NCBI GenBank assembly: GCA_044870155.1
Contig: JBIOYN010000146.1
Span: 1-43,168, forward strand
Origin: Acidimicrobiia bacterium
GTDB lineage: Bacteria; Actinomycetota; Acidimicrobiia; IMCC26256; BP-133
Direction of reading: 5' to 3'
Length of the DNA stretch: 43,168 nt
This document shows, one piece after another, positions 25,679 through 34,943 of the stretch (its first letter is position 1; each line of letters begins with the position of its first letter). The position numbers and the translations under genes are program-made. The notes under the pieces are model-generated. The model was not told the origin of the DNA, ran no database searches, and saw only the letters and a program-made list of their open reading frames with translations.

Positions 25679-26724
25679 GGCTGCGCGACGACCTGTCCGA
25701 GCTGAGGGGGTACCACTCGCCCCAGGTCGAGGTCTCCGTCCGCCTCAACACCAACGAGAGTCCCTACCCGCCGCCCGACGGGTTCGTGGCCGCCTTCCAG
25801 GCGGGGGTGGCGGCGGCGTCGTTCAACCGCTACCCGGATCGGGGGGCGGGTGGGCTGCGGGCCGCCCTGGGTGCCTTCCTGGACCAACCCGCCGAGCGGA
25901 TCTTCTGCGCCAACGGCTCCAACGAGGTGCTCCAGACGATTCTTCTGGCCTACGGCGGGCCGGGACGGCGCGCCGCCGTGTTCGAGCCGACCTACGTCCT
26001 CCATGCCCACATCGCCAACATCACGGGGACGGGGATGGTGACAGGCGAGCGGGGAGGCGATTTCCGCCTCGACGCCGCCGGTGCCGCCGCCTTCGTGGCC
26101 GCCGAGGCGCCCGACGTGGTGTTCCTCACCACCCCCAACAACCCGACCGGCATGGTCGAGCCCCGGGCCACAGTGGAGGCCATCCTCGGCGCCGCCCCCG
26201 GTCTCCTGGTGGTGGACGAGGCCTACGCCGACTTCGCGCCCTGGAGCGCCCTCGAGCTGGTGGGTGAGGGCACGCCACTGGTGGTGGTGCGCACCTACTC
26301 CAAGGTGTGGTCGATGGCCGCCTTCCGCCTCGGCTTCTGTGTGGCGCCGGTGGCTGTGGTGGCCGACCTGGACAAGGTGGTGCTGCCCTACCACCTGTCC
26401 GTCCCCACCCAGGTGGCGGGAACGGTGGCGCTGCGCTTCGTGGACGAGATGCGGGCCCGGGTGGAGGCCATCGTGGCCGAGCGGGAGCGCCTGACCGGAG
26501 CGCTCCGGGCCATGGACGGCGTGGAGGTCTTCCCCTCGGGGGCCAACTTCGTGCTCATCAGGGTGGGCGGCGCCCACGCCGTCTGGCAGGGCCTGTTGGA
26601 CAAGGACGTGCTGGTGCGGGACTTCTCCCATTGGCCCCGGCTGGACGGCTGCCTGCGGGTGACGGTGGGCCGCCCCGAGGAGAACGACGCCTTCCTCACC
26701 GCCATGAAGGAGGTGCTCGCCTGA
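25675..26724 (+). CDS. hisC: histidinol-phosphate aminotransferase
   Basis: The GTG at 25675 overlaps the hisD stop (GTGA). Motifs are LNTNESPYPPP, NGSNEVLQ, PNNPTG and YSKVWSMAAFRLG (PLP lysine). Confidence 0.9.
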   Translation: MRLRDDLSELRGYHSPQVEVSVRLNTNESPYPPPDGFVAAFQAGVAAASFNRYPDRGAGGLRAALGAFLDQPAERIFCANGSNEVLQTILLAYGGPGRRAAVFEPTYVLHAHIANITGTGMVTGERGGDFRLDAAGAAAFVAAEAPDVVFLTTPNNPTGMVEPRATVEAILGAAPGLLVVDEAYADFAPWSALELVGEGTPLVVVRTYSKVWSMAAFRLGFCVAPVAVVADLDKVVLPYHLSVPTQVAGTVALRFVDEMRARVEAIVAERERLTGALRAMDGVEVFPSGANFVLIRVGGAHAVWQGLLDKDVLVRDFSHWPRLDGCLRVTVGRPEENDAFLTAMKEVLA

Positions 26725-27308
26725 TGAGCGCTCGGACCGCCTCCCGCCAGCGGGCCACCAAGGAGACCGACATCGACGTCCGCATCGACGTCGACGGGTC
26801 GGGGAAGGCCGAGGTCTCCACCGGCCTGCCCTTCTTCGACCACATGCTCACCCAGCTCGGCCGCCATGGCGGCTTCGACCTCACCCTCTCGGCCCGGGGC
26901 GACCTGGAGGTCGACGCCCACCACACGGTGGAGGACACCGGCATCGTCCTCGGCGCCGCCCTGGCCGAGGCGCTGGGGGACAAGGCGGGAGTGCGCCGTT
27001 TCGCCTCCGGCCTCTATCCCCTGGACGAAGCCCTGGTGCAGGTGGCGCTCGACCTCTCCGGCCGGCCCTTTCTGGTCTACGAGGTGGAGACGTCGCCCGA
27101 GCGCATCGGCACCTTCGATCCCCAGCTGGCCGAGGAGTTCTGGCGGGCCTTCGTCACCTCGGCGGGCATCACCCTCCACCTCAAGACCCTCTCGGGCCGC
27201 AACGGGCATCACGTGCTCGAGGCCTGCTTCAAGGGCGTGGCCCGATCGCTGCGCGACGCCGTGCGGGTCGACGGGGACGGCGTCCCTTCGACCAAGGGCA
27301 CCTTGTGA
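26724..27308 (+). CDS. hisB: imidazoleglycerol-phosphate dehydratase
   Basis: The ATG overlaps the hisC stop (TGATG). Motifs are TKETDIDV, PFFDHML, DAHHTVEDTGI and GRNGHHVLEACFK. Confidence 0.92.
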   Translation: MSARTASRQRATKETDIDVRIDVDGSGKAEVSTGLPFFDHMLTQLGRHGGFDLTLSARGDLEVDAHHTVEDTGIVLGAALAEALGDKAGVRRFASGLYPLDEALVQVALDLSGRPFLVYEVETSPERIGTFDPQLAEEFWRAFVTSAGITLHLKTLSGRNGHHVLEACFKGVARSLRDAVRVDGDGVPSTKGTL

Positions 27309-27396
27309 CTGTGCTCATGGCTCTTCGCCTGGCGGCTCATCGCGGTGCGGCCGGGGGCCCCTGCCCCAGCCGCCGGTCCCTGCTGGCGCAGGTCCC

Positions 27397-28032
27397 GTGA
27401 TCGCCGTCCTCGACTACGGCATCGGGAACCTGCGCTCGGCGGAGAAGGCGCTCCAGCACCTCGGTGCGCCCGCCCGCCTCACCGCCGATGCTGACGAGGC
27501 CGCCGCCGCCGACGCCGTCGTCCTTCCCGGCGTGGGGGCGTTCGGGCCGTGCATGGAGGCGCTCACGGCGTCGGGCCTGCTCCCCGTCGTGCACCGGGCG
27601 GTGGAGGAGGGCAAGCCCTTCCTGGGGATCTGCGTGGGCATGCAGATGCTCTTCGAGGGGAGCGAGGAAGCCCCCGGCGTCCCCGGCATCGGACTGCTGG
27701 CCGGCACCGTCCGGCGCCTGTCCGACGGGCTCCGGCTTCCCCACATGGGCTGGAACGACCTCGAGGTCCGCAACGGCTCGGCCCTCTTCGCCGGCCTGCC
27801 CTCGCACCCCTACGTCTACTTCGTGCACTCCTACGTCCCGGTGCCCGCCGACCCCGACGTGGTGGCGGCCACCACCGACTACGGCGGCCCGTTGTGCGCG
27901 GCGGTGGAGGCCGGCCGGCTGTGGGCCACCCAGTTCCACCCCGAGAAGAGCGCCGCCAACGGGCTGGCCGTGCTGGCCAACTTCGTCCGGGCTACCGGGG
28001 TGCGGGGTGTCCCCGACGGCACCGGGGAGTGA
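27397..28032 (+). CDS. hisH: imidazole glycerol phosphate synthase, glutamine amidotransferase subunit
   Basis: [23 protein letters not shown] (catalytic Cys) and FHPEKS. It starts 88 nt after hisB. The C-terminal tail ...[12 protein letters not shown] carries one copy of the 20-nt motif. Confidence 0.9.
   Translation: MIAVLDYGIGNLRSAEKALQHLGAPARLTADADEAAAADAVVLPGVGAFGPCMEALTASGLLPVVHRAVEEGKPFLGICVGMQMLFEGSEEAPGVPGIGLLAGTVRRLSDGLRLPHMGWNDLEVRNGSALFAGLPSHPYVYFVHSYVPVPADPDVVAATTDYGGPLCAAVEAGRLWATQFHPEKSAANGLAVLANFVRATGVRGVPDGTGE
27995..28014 (+). repeat. copy of the CCGGGG-N3-GGGGTGTCCCC motif
   Basis: CCGGGGTGCGGGGTGTCCCC sits in the hisH C-terminal tail and reads in-frame as TGVRGVP. Confidence 0.5.
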
Positions 28033-28775
28033 TGGGCGTCAAGCTGTTCCCGGCCATCGATCTGCGGGACGGGCGGGCCGTCCGTCTGCTACGGGGCGAG
28101 TTCGGGGCCGAAACCGTCTACTCCGACGACCCGGTGGCGGTGGCGGTGGCCTACCAGGCGGCGGGGGCGGGGTGGATCCACGTGGTCGACCTCGACGCCG
28201 CCCGCACCGGGGTGCCCGTCAACCTCGACCTGGTGGCGGCCATCGCCGCCGGCGTGTCCTGCCCGGTGCAGGCCGGGGGCGGGGTCCGCAGCCCCGAGGC
28301 GGCCGCCCGGCTCCTCGATGCCGGCGTGACCCGGGTGGTGGTGGGCACCGTGGCCGTCGAGGAGCCGGCCGTGGTGGAGACGCTGTGCACGCGGTATCCC
28401 GGGCGGGTGGCGGCGGGCCTGGACGCCCGGGGCTCCCAGCTGGCCGTCCGGGGCTGGACGGAGACCTCGGCCACCGACCTCACCGACGCCGCCCGGCGCC
28501 TGGAGGAGATGGGGGTGGGGGCCCTGGTGGTGACCGAGATCGGCCGGGACGGGACCATGGCCGGGCCCGATCTCGACCAGCTGGCGGCGGTGCTGGCCGC
28601 CACCGCCGTCGACGTGGTGGCCAGCGGTGGCGTCGGCAGCCTCGACGACCTCCGCTCGCTCTCCGCCCTGGAGCCCGTGCCGGGGCGGCGCCTGGCCGGG
28701 GTGATCGTGGGCCGGGCCCTCTACGAGGGCCGTTTCTCGGTGGAGGAGGCGCTGGCGTGCTTGGCGCCCGTGTGA
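28032..28775 (+). CDS. hisA: ProFAR isomerase HisA (possibly PriA-type bifunctional HisA/TrpF, as in many actinobacteria)
   Basis: [35 protein letters not shown] and [10 protein letters not shown]. The ATG overlaps the hisH stop. Confidence 0.9.
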   Translation: MGVKLFPAIDLRDGRAVRLLRGEFGAETVYSDDPVAVAVAYQAAGAGWIHVVDLDAARTGVPVNLDLVAAIAAGVSCPVQAGGGVRSPEAAARLLDAGVTRVVVGTVAVEEPAVVETLCTRYPGRVAAGLDARGSQLAVRGWTETSATDLTDAARRLEEMGVGALVVTEIGRDGTMAGPDLDQLAAVLAATAVDVVASGGVGSLDDLRSLSALEPVPGRRLAGVIVGRALYEGRFSVEEALACLAPV

Positions 28776-29539
28776 TCCCCTGCCTCGACGTCGATGCCGG
28801 CCGGGTGGTGAAGGGCGTCAACTTCGTCGGCCTGCGCGACGCCGGCGACCCCGTGGAGCTGGCCGCCCGCTACGACGCCGAGGGTGCCGACGAGCTCGTC
28901 TTCCTCGACATCACCGCCTCCTCCGACGCCCGCGACACCATCGTCGACGTCGTGGCCCGCACGGCGGAAGAGGTTTTCATCCCCTTCACCGTGGGCGGCG
29001 GCGTGCGGGAGGTCGACGACGTGCGCCGGCTGCTGCGGGCGGGGGCCGACAAGGTGTCGCTCAACACCCAGGCTGTGGCCCACCCCGAGCTGGTGGCGGC
29101 CAGTGCCGGCGAGTTCGGCGCCCAGTGCGTGGTGGTGGCCATCGACGCCCGGCGGGCCGACCCGGGGTACGGGGCGGCCCCGAGAGCAACGTCGTGGGAG
29201 GTGTACACCCACGGGGGCCGCAAGCCCACCGGCCTCGACGCCATCTCCTGGGCCGAGGAGGCGGTGCGCCTGGGAGCGGGGGAGATCCTGCTCACCTCCA
29301 TGGACCGGGACGGGACCAAGGCCGGCTACGACAACGACCTGCTCAAGGCGGTGGCCGACGCCGTCCCCGTGCCCGTCATCGCCAGCGGCGGCGTCGGCAC
29401 CCTCCAGCACCTCTATGAGGGTCTGGTGGTGGGGGGCGCCTCGGCCGTCCTGGCCGCCTCGATCTTCCACTTCGGGACGTACACGGTGGGGCAAGCCAAG
29501 GACTACCTGGCCGCCCGCGGCGTTCCCGTGCGACGATAG
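28757..29539 (+). CDS. hisF: imidazole glycerol phosphate synthase, cyclase subunit
   Basis: The GTG at 28757 gives [20 protein letters not shown] (canonical HisF N-terminus) and overlaps the hisA end by 19 nt. Other motifs are FLDITAS, TVGGGV, SMDRDGT and ASGGVG. Confidence 0.9.
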   Translation: MLGARVIPCLDVDAGRVVKGVNFVGLRDAGDPVELAARYDAEGADELVFLDITASSDARDTIVDVVARTAEEVFIPFTVGGGVREVDDVRRLLRAGADKVSLNTQAVAHPELVAASAGEFGAQCVVVAIDARRADPGYGAAPRATSWEVYTHGGRKPTGLDAISWAEEAVRLGAGEILLTSMDRDGTKAGYDNDLLKAVADAVPVPVIASGGVGTLQHLYEGLVVGGASAVLAASIFHFGTYTVGQAKDYLAARGVPVRR

Positions 29540-29565
29540 GCCCTCGCTCCACGGCCAGTCGTGGG

Positions 29566-29823
29566 GTGGAGCGTCGGCCGGAGAGGCCGGCGCCGGACAT
29601 GGAGGTGGCCATGGCCGACCCGGTGCTCGACGAAGCTTTCATGCGGCGCTACCGGGAGCTGCTCGACGCCGAGGACAGCGCCTTCGACGAGCTCGAGCAC
29701 GCCTATGAGGACGGTGACCGGGCCCACTTCGACGCCGACTTCGCCGCCTGGCGCGAGGTGCTGGGCCGCAAGCTCGCCTTCCTGGAGCGCCGGGGGATCG
29801 CCCCCGGGGTCCAGGTCTCGTAG
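29566..29823 (+). CDS. small acidic hypothetical protein (85 aa or shorter)
   Basis: ORF track entry with helical, acidic composition. No family recognised. It sits in the hisF-hisI gap. Confidence 0.35.
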   Translation: MERRPERPAPDMEVAMADPVLDEAFMRRYRELLDAEDSAFDELEHAYEDGDRAHFDADFAAWREVLGRKLAFLERRGIAPGVQVS

Positions 29824-29849
29824 TTCCGGCCGCCCCAGCGCCGGCGGGC

Positions 29850-31766
29850 CTAGTTCAGGCCCGCCATCCCCACGATCGGCTTGTTGAGCTTCATGGCTCC
29901 GGTCGATCCGAAGAACCCGGCGTCGCCGAAGGTGAAGACGCCGCCGTCGGAGGCCACGAACCAGTATCCGGTACCGGTGCTGGTGGGCGACATCCCCACA
30001 ATGGGCTGGTTGAGCTTGATGGCACCGGTGGAGCCGTAGAAGGTGGCGTTGCCGAAGGTGAAGATGCCGCCGTCCGACGCCACCAGCCAGTAGCCGTCGC
30101 CCTGGGGGCGGGGAGCCATGCCCACGATGGGCTGATTGAGCTTGATGGCCCCGGTGGAGCCCATGAACTTGGCGTCGCCGAAGGTGAAGATGCCGCCGTC
30201 GGTGGCCACCAGCCAGTAGCCGTTCCCGCTGGGCGTCGACGCCATGCCCACGATGGGTTTGTTGAGCTTGATGGCACCGGTGGAGCCCAGGAACTTGGCG
30301 TCGCCGAAGGTGAAGATGCCACCGTCCGACGCCACCAGCCAGTAGCCGTTTCCGGACGGGGTGGCAGCCATCCCGACGATGGGCTTGTTGAGCTTCATGG
30401 CGCCGGTGGAGCCGAGGAACTTGGCGTCCCCGAAGGTGAACACGCCACCGTCGGTGGCCACGAACCAGTAGCCGTTCCGGCTCGGCGTGGCCGCCATGCC
30501 CACGATGGGCGAGTTGAGCTTGATGTTGCCGGTGGAGCCGAAGAACCGGCCGGCCCGGACTCCCGGAGGCCCACCGAAGGAGAAGATCCCGCCGTCGGAG
30601 GCGACCAGCCAGTACTCGCCGGGGATGTCGGGAAGGTCGGGGACGGCGCCCGAGCCGTCGGGCCCGGGCGAGCAGCACACGGGGGCGACCGCGCCCGTAC
30701 CCGGGATCCGCAGGAAGATGTCCCGCAGGCCGTTGCCGTCGCCGGCCACGAGGTCGCCGGCCAGCGACTCGAAGGCCACCCGGCCGCCGTCGCTGTTGAT
30801 GGAGGGCTGGAAGCTTCCGCCGTTGCCGGTCATGCCGTCGGAGCGGGTGCTCACGTTGAGCAGCCGCCGGCCGGCCATCTCCCAGACGGCCACGTCGTCC
30901 TTGCCGTTGGTGTCATTGGCCAGGATGCCCGACGCCTGGAAGGCGACCACGTTGCCGTCGGCCGACAGCGAGGGGTTGATGCCGTCGGCGGGCACCAGCG
31001 TGCTCTCGTGGGTGTCGAGGTTGAACACGTTGATGTTGTTCTGGAACTGGTAGGCCACGACGCGGCCGCTGCCGCTGAGCGAGGGGTGGGCCGAGCCCTT
31101 GCCGGCCACCCGCTCGGCGCTGCCGCCGCCCCGCCACACGTAGATGCCCGACCCGTCGTCGTCGGAGGTGGCGCCGTTGATCATGGTGACCTCGAAGGCC
31201 ACCGTACCGCCGTCGTGGCTGAGGGAGGGGGACACGGCGTCGCCCTGCGCCCCCGAGGGGACCTCGGCCGGCCCGCCGGCGTTGCGCACCACGATCTTGC
31301 GGGGGCCGGAGGCCGTGCCGCCCGACCACGCCACCACACCCCCGTTGCCGTTGACCGTGGGGGAGAAGGCGACGTTGTTGGCGGCACCGGTGCTCACCAG
31401 CCGCAGGCCGGCGCCGTCACGTCCGACGGCGTAGACGTCGGAGAGGCCGTTGCCATCGCCGCCGGCCAGGGCCCGGTCGGTGGAGAAGACGACGGTGCTG
31501 CCGTCGCCGGAGATCTCGATCTCCTTGGCGCCGGCGTCGGCCACCACGGGCCGGTCGTTGACCATGACGTGGCCGCTGGGACCCTGCAGGTAGGCGACGA
31601 TCGTCCCGGTGTCGTCGATGGCGGCGTCCGAGCTGGCGCCCGAGGGGCTCACCAGAGAGAGGACCCCGTCGGGCACGGCGGCACCGGCGGGCGGGGCCGC
31701 CACCGCCACCAGCAGGGCGGCGAGCGCCATCGAGCGAGCGGTCCACCGGTCAAGGCTCGGCCGCAT
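29850..31766 (-). CDS. secreted two-domain repeat protein: N-terminal TolB/PD40-like propeller plus C-terminal six-fold 42-aa repeat module
   Basis: AGGAGG lies 6 nt upstream of the ATG. Signal peptide ALAALLVAVAAPPAGAA. There are about 6-7 PD40-like blades (SPSLSHDGGTVAFE, HPSLSGSGRVVAYQ, NPSLSADGNVVAFQ, QPSINSDGGRVAFE; DGNGLSDVY). A CC-containing linker (APVCCSPGPDGSG) follows, then 6 repeats of GYWLVASDGGIFTFGDAKFLGSTGAIKLNKPIVGMAxTPSGN. Confidence 0.75.
   Translation of the reverse strand: MRPSLDRWTARSMALAALLVAVAAPPAGAAVPDGVLSLVSPSGASSDAAIDDTGTIVAYLQGPSGHVMVNDRPVVADAGAKEIEISGDGSTVVFSTDRALAGGDGNGLSDVYAVGRDGAGLRLVSTGAANNVAFSPTVNGNGGVVAWSGGTASGPRKIVVRNAGGPAEVPSGAQGDAVSPSLSHDGGTVAFEVTMINGATSDDDGSGIYVWRGGGSAERVAGKGSAHPSLSGSGRVVAYQFQNNINVFNLDTHESTLVPADGINPSLSADGNVVAFQASGILANDTNGKDDVAVWEMAGRRLLNVSTRSDGMTGNGGSFQPSINSDGGRVAFESLAGDLVAGDGNGLRDIFLRIPGTGAVAPVCCSPGPDGSGAVPDLPDIPGEYWLVASDGGIFSFGGPPGVRAGRFFGSTGNIKLNSPIVGMAATPSRNGYWFVATDGGVFTFGDAKFLGSTGAMKLNKPIVGMAATPSGNGYWLVASDGGIFTFGDAKFLGSTGAIKLNKPIVGMASTPSGNGYWLVATDGGIFTFGDAKFMGSTGAIKLNQPIVGMAPRPQGDGYWLVASDGGIFTFGNATFYGSTGAIKLNQPIVGMSPTSTGTGYWFVASDGGVFTFGDAGFFGSTGAMKLNKPIVGMAGLN
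29853..30617 (-). repeat. tandem coding repeats, 126-bp period (5 regular units at 29853..30473 plus one degenerate unit)
   Basis: The units are visibly near-identical at the DNA level (recurring ...ccgaaggtgaagatgccgccgtc...ccagccagtagcc...cccacgatggg...ttgagcttgatggc...). Confidence 0.85.
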
Positions 31767-31823
31767 TGCGGTCCTCCTGAGGGGGTTGGGGCGGGGGTTT
31801 GGCCCTACTCTTCGTGGTCAGTC

Positions 31824-31868
31824 TTGTCACAGATGGCGCAATTGTCCACCTGTGAGATAGTTGTGAAC
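31824..31868. promoter_or_regulatory. repeat cluster in the divergent propeller-gene / hisI promoter region
   Basis: Three TTGT(C/G)(C)A(A)C boxes start at 31824, 31842 and 31861, about 18-19 bp apart. They overlap an inverted repeat, TCACAGATGG (31827..31836) / CCACCTGTGA (31846..31855), with 9 of 10 positions matching. Confidence 0.3.
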
Positions 31869-31947
31869 GGGCGCGAACACCCGACCGTGGTGAGTTCGAC
31901 TTCGGCCCGCTTCGCTCCTGCCGAATCGCCGAGGGTGCCCCGGTAGC

Positions 31948-32316
31948 ATGACGGCCGTGGCTCCCGCCCTCACCCCCATCACCACGTCGGCCGAGCACCT
32001 GGACCGGATCCGCTACGACGGCGCCGGCCTCGTCCCCGCCATCATCCAGGAGGAGGGCAGCGGCGACGTGCTCATGCTCGGCTACATGAACGCCGAGGCG
32101 GTGCGCCGCACCCTGGACACGGGCCGAACCTGGTTCTGGAGCCGGTCCCGGTCCGAGTACTGGTGCAAGGGGGAGACGTCGGGGGACCGCCAGTGGGTCC
32201 GCCGGGCCTACTACGACTGCGACGGCGACACGCTGCTGGTGGTGGTGGAACAGGAGGGCCGGGGGGCGTGCCACACCGGCCACCGCACCTGCTTCTACCG
32301 CAGCTTCGCCGACTAG
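31948..32316 (+). CDS. hisI: phosphoribosyl-AMP cyclohydrolase
   Basis: 122 aa. [33 protein letters not shown] and CDGDTLL...[10 protein letters not shown]. Confidence 0.9.
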   Translation: MTAVAPALTPITTSAEHLDRIRYDGAGLVPAIIQEEGSGDVLMLGYMNAEAVRRTLDTGRTWFWSRSRSEYWCKGETSGDRQWVRRAYYDCDGDTLLVVVEQEGRGACHTGHRTCFYRSFAD

Positions 32317-32334
32317 CCGGGCTCGGGTCACGAT

Positions 32335-33963
32335 ATGGCCGAGCCCGCGCTGCACCCCACCCCGGAAGCCTTCGTCGAGCTGGCCGCCACCCACACGGTG
32401 GTGCCGGTGTGGCGCGAGGTCCTGGCCGACCTCGAGACCCCGGTGTCGGTGTTCCTCAAGCTCGTCGGGTCCGGAGAGGGCTTCCTGCTGGAATCGGTGG
32501 AGCACGCCGAGCGCTGGGGGCGGTACTCCTTCATCGGGCGCGACCCAGCCCTCACCCTGGTGGCCCGGGGCCGCACGGTGGCGTGGTCCGGTTCCTCCCC
32601 CGACCTCTCGGCCGGGCTCCCCACCGACCGGGGGGCGCTCGGCGCCGTCGAGGCGCTCCTGGCCCGCTTCCGGGCTCCCCGCCTCCCCGAGCTGCCCCCC
32701 TTCCACGGCGGCATCGTCGGCTACCTGGGCTACGACGTGGTGCGGGAGATCGAGTCCCTTCCCGACAGCCCCCCCGATGACGTGGGCCTGCCCGACGCCG
32801 TGATGTCGCTCACCGGGCACGTCGCCGCCTTCGACCACTTCCGCCAGCGGCTCTATCTCATCGAGAACGTCCTCGTCCCTCCCGGGGAAGGGGGTGTCCC
32901 CGGGAAGACAGTGGCCGGAGAGGTCGAGCTGCGGGACGCCTACGCCGCCGCCGCCGTCCGGCTCGAGGCCCTGGTCGACGACCTGGCCCGGCCCCTGCCC
33001 TACCTCCCGGCCCCCCCGCCGTCGGAGACGGGCGAGGAGGCCCCCATTCCCGAGGTGCGGTCCAGCTTCGCCAAGGGCTCGTACGAGGTGGCGGTGGAGG
33101 CGGCCCGGGAGCACATCCTGGCCGGCGACATCTTCCAGGTCGTCCTCGCCCAGCGCTTCGACTTCGCCCTCGAGTGCGATCCCTTCGACGTGTACCGGGT
33201 CCTGCGCCAGGTCAACCCGTCGCCCTACATGTACTTCCTGCGCAGCCGGGAGCCGGCGGCGGGCGGCGCCGCCGGCGACATCATCGTGGCCGGGTCGTCG
33301 CCCGAGCCGATGGTCCAGCTCCTCGACGGCCGGGTGATCAGCCGGCCCATCGCCGGGACCCGCCGGCGGGGCCGCGACGAGGCCGCCGACCGGCGCCTGG
33401 CCGGCGAGCTGGCCGAGCACCCCAAGGAGCGGGCCGAGCACGTCATGCTCGTCGACCTGGCCCGCAACGACGTGGGCCGGGTGGTGCGCTTCGGCACCGA
33501 GCAGGTGGACGAGCTCATGACCCTGGAGCGCTACAGCCACGTGATGCACCTGACCAGCCAGGTCTCGGGCGAGCTGCGGCCCGGCCAGGGGCCGGTCGAC
33601 GTGTTGCGGGCCACGTTCCCGGCCGGGACCGTCTCGGGTGCGCCCAAGGTCCGGGCCATGGAGATCATCGACGAGCTGGAGCCGGCCAAGCGGGGTCCCT
33701 ACGCCGGGGTGGTGGGCTACCTCGACTTCTCCGGCAACCTCGACACCGCCATCGCCATCCGAACCATGGTGGTGGGGGGCGATCGCGCGCCCGGGGCCGG
33801 GGGTGTCCCCCGAGCGTCCGTGTCCGCCGGGGCGGGCATCGTGGCCGACTCCGACCCCGCCCAGGAGGAGCTCGAGTGCCGCAACAAGGCCCGCGCCGTC
33901 CTGGCCTCGGTGGCCGCCGCCCGCCACCTCGGGGTCCGGCCCCAGCCCACGGAGGCGTGGTGA
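32335..33963 (+). CDS. trpE: anthranilate synthase component I
   Basis: 542 aa. LLESVE, GDIFQVVLAQRF, NPSPYMYF, GTRRRG, EHVMLVDLARNDVGR, GAPKVRAMEII, RGPYAGVVGY and QAGAGIVADS-like SAGAGIVADS. It carries two copies of the 20-nt motif. Confidence 0.9.
   Translation: MAEPALHPTPEAFVELAATHTVVPVWREVLADLETPVSVFLKLVGSGEGFLLESVEHAERWGRYSFIGRDPALTLVARGRTVAWSGSSPDLSAGLPTDRGALGAVEALLARFRAPRLPELPPFHGGIVGYLGYDVVREIESLPDSPPDDVGLPDAVMSLTGHVAAFDHFRQRLYLIENVLVPPGEGGVPGKTVAGEVELRDAYAAAAVRLEALVDDLARPLPYLPAPPPSETGEEAPIPEVRSSFAKGSYEVAVEAAREHILAGDIFQVVLAQRFDFALECDPFDVYRVLRQVNPSPYMYFLRSREPAAGGAAGDIIVAGSSPEPMVQLLDGRVISRPIAGTRRRGRDEAADRRLAGELAEHPKERAEHVMLVDLARNDVGRVVRFGTEQVDELMTLERYSHVMHLTSQVSGELRPGQGPVDVLRATFPAGTVSGAPKVRAMEIIDELEPAKRGPYAGVVGYLDFSGNLDTAIAIRTMVVGGDRAPGAGGVPRASVSAGAGIVADSDPAQEELECRNKARAVLASVAAARHLGVRPQPTEAW
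32882..32901 (+). repeat. copy of the CCGGGG-N3-GGGGTGTCCCC motif
   Basis: CCGGGGAAGGGGGTGTCCCC in trpE reads PGEGGVP. The flanking CCCGGGGA/TCCCCGGG can form a hairpin. Confidence 0.5.
33791..33810 (+). repeat. copy of the CCGGGG-N3-GGGGTGTCCCC motif
   Basis: CCGGGGCCGGGGGTGTCCCC in trpE reads PGAGGVP. It lies in what looks like an extra loop just before the conserved ...AGAGIVADS block. Confidence 0.5.
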
Positions 33964-34943
33964 CGCTGTCAGAGGCGGAGGACCGGGCGCTGGTGGACGG
34001 CGCCGGCCTCATCGACGCCCGGGACCGGGGCTCGGTCCTGGTGAGCGGTCCCGACGCCCAGTCCTTCCTGCACAGCCTGTTGTCCCAGGACGTGGCCGGG
34101 CTCGCTCCCGGTCAGGGTGCCCACACACTGCTCCTCCAACCCCAGGGCAAGCTCGACTGCGATCTGCGCCTGCTGGTGCTCGGGCCCGAGGAGATGCGCC
34201 TCGACTGTGACCCCGGCCAGGGTGGGGCCCTGGCCACCTCCTTGCGCCGCTTCAAGCTGCGGGTCAAGGCCGAGGTGGAGGACACCACCGGAACCTGGGG
34301 TGTGCTCATGCTCCGGGGCGGTCGGGCGGCGGAGGTGGCGGAGGCGGCGGGAGGCGTGGCCGTCCCCGCCGACCAGCACGCCCATGTCGCCTGGCCGGGC
34401 GGGGAGCTCCGCCTGGTGCGGGCGGACTGGCCCGGGGGCTGGTGCGGAGTCGACGTCGTCGGGCCCATCGGGGCCCTGGACGGGGCGAGGGAAGCGCTGG
34501 TGGCGGCGGGGGCGACGCCGGTGGGCCCCGGGGCGTCGGAGGCGGCCCGGGTGGCGGCGGGCGTCCCCCGTCAGGGAATCGACACCAACGAGCGGACGAT
34601 TCCCCAGGAGGCGTTCCTGGAACTCGACGCCGTGTCCTTCACCAAGGGGTGCTTCCTGGGCCAGGAGCTGGTGTGCCGGATCGACACCCGGGGCCACGTG
34701 AACCGCTATCTGCGCGGCTTCGTCATCACGGGAGGGGGGGATGACACCACTCCGCCGCCGGGAGCAGGCATCGTGTGGGGAGACAAGGAGGTGGGATCCC
34801 TGACCACGGTGGCGCGATCGGCGAGTGGTACCCGGGCCCTCGGGTACCTGCGCCGGGAGATCGAAGTGCCGGCCGAGGTGCTGGTGCGCTGGGACGGCGG
34901 CGAGGTCACGGCCCGGGCCGATGCCCTCCCGGAGCGGCCGTGA
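33960..34943 (+). CDS. YgfZ/GcvT-like folate-binding protein
   Basis: The GTG at 33960 overlaps the trpE stop. It has a GcvT-like N-terminus (GLIDARDRGSVLVSGPDAQSFLHSLLSQDV) and the YgfZ signature KGCFLGQE. Confidence 0.72.
   Translation: MTLSEAEDRALVDGAGLIDARDRGSVLVSGPDAQSFLHSLLSQDVAGLAPGQGAHTLLLQPQGKLDCDLRLLVLGPEEMRLDCDPGQGGALATSLRRFKLRVKAEVEDTTGTWGVLMLRGGRAAEVAEAAGGVAVPADQHAHVAWPGGELRLVRADWPGGWCGVDVVGPIGALDGAREALVAAGATPVGPGASEAARVAAGVPRQGIDTNERTIPQEAFLELDAVSFTKGCFLGQELVCRIDTRGHVNRYLRGFVITGGGDDTTPPPGAGIVWGDKEVGSLTTVARSASGTRALGYLRREIEVPAEVLVRWDGGEVTARADALPERP

Noticed and set aside
27309-27396. 88-nt gap between hisB and hisH with GGCGGCT...AGCCGCC pairing, considered as an internal attenuator.
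   Set aside because: The stem is short (7 bp) with a loop of about 30 nt, which is easy to obtain by chance at this GC content. No leader peptide or U-tract is present.
29853-30617. Regular 126-bp tandem repeats, considered as a possible CRISPR array or satellite.
   Set aside because: The repeats are contiguous with no unique spacers. They lie in one long open frame with a clear 42-aa protein periodicity, so they are coding repeats.
31861-31882. TTGTGAAC, considered as a Rex operator (TTGTGAA-N4-TTCACAA).
   Set aside because: The required right half-site TTCACAA is not present; the sequence continues GGGCGCGAACACCC.
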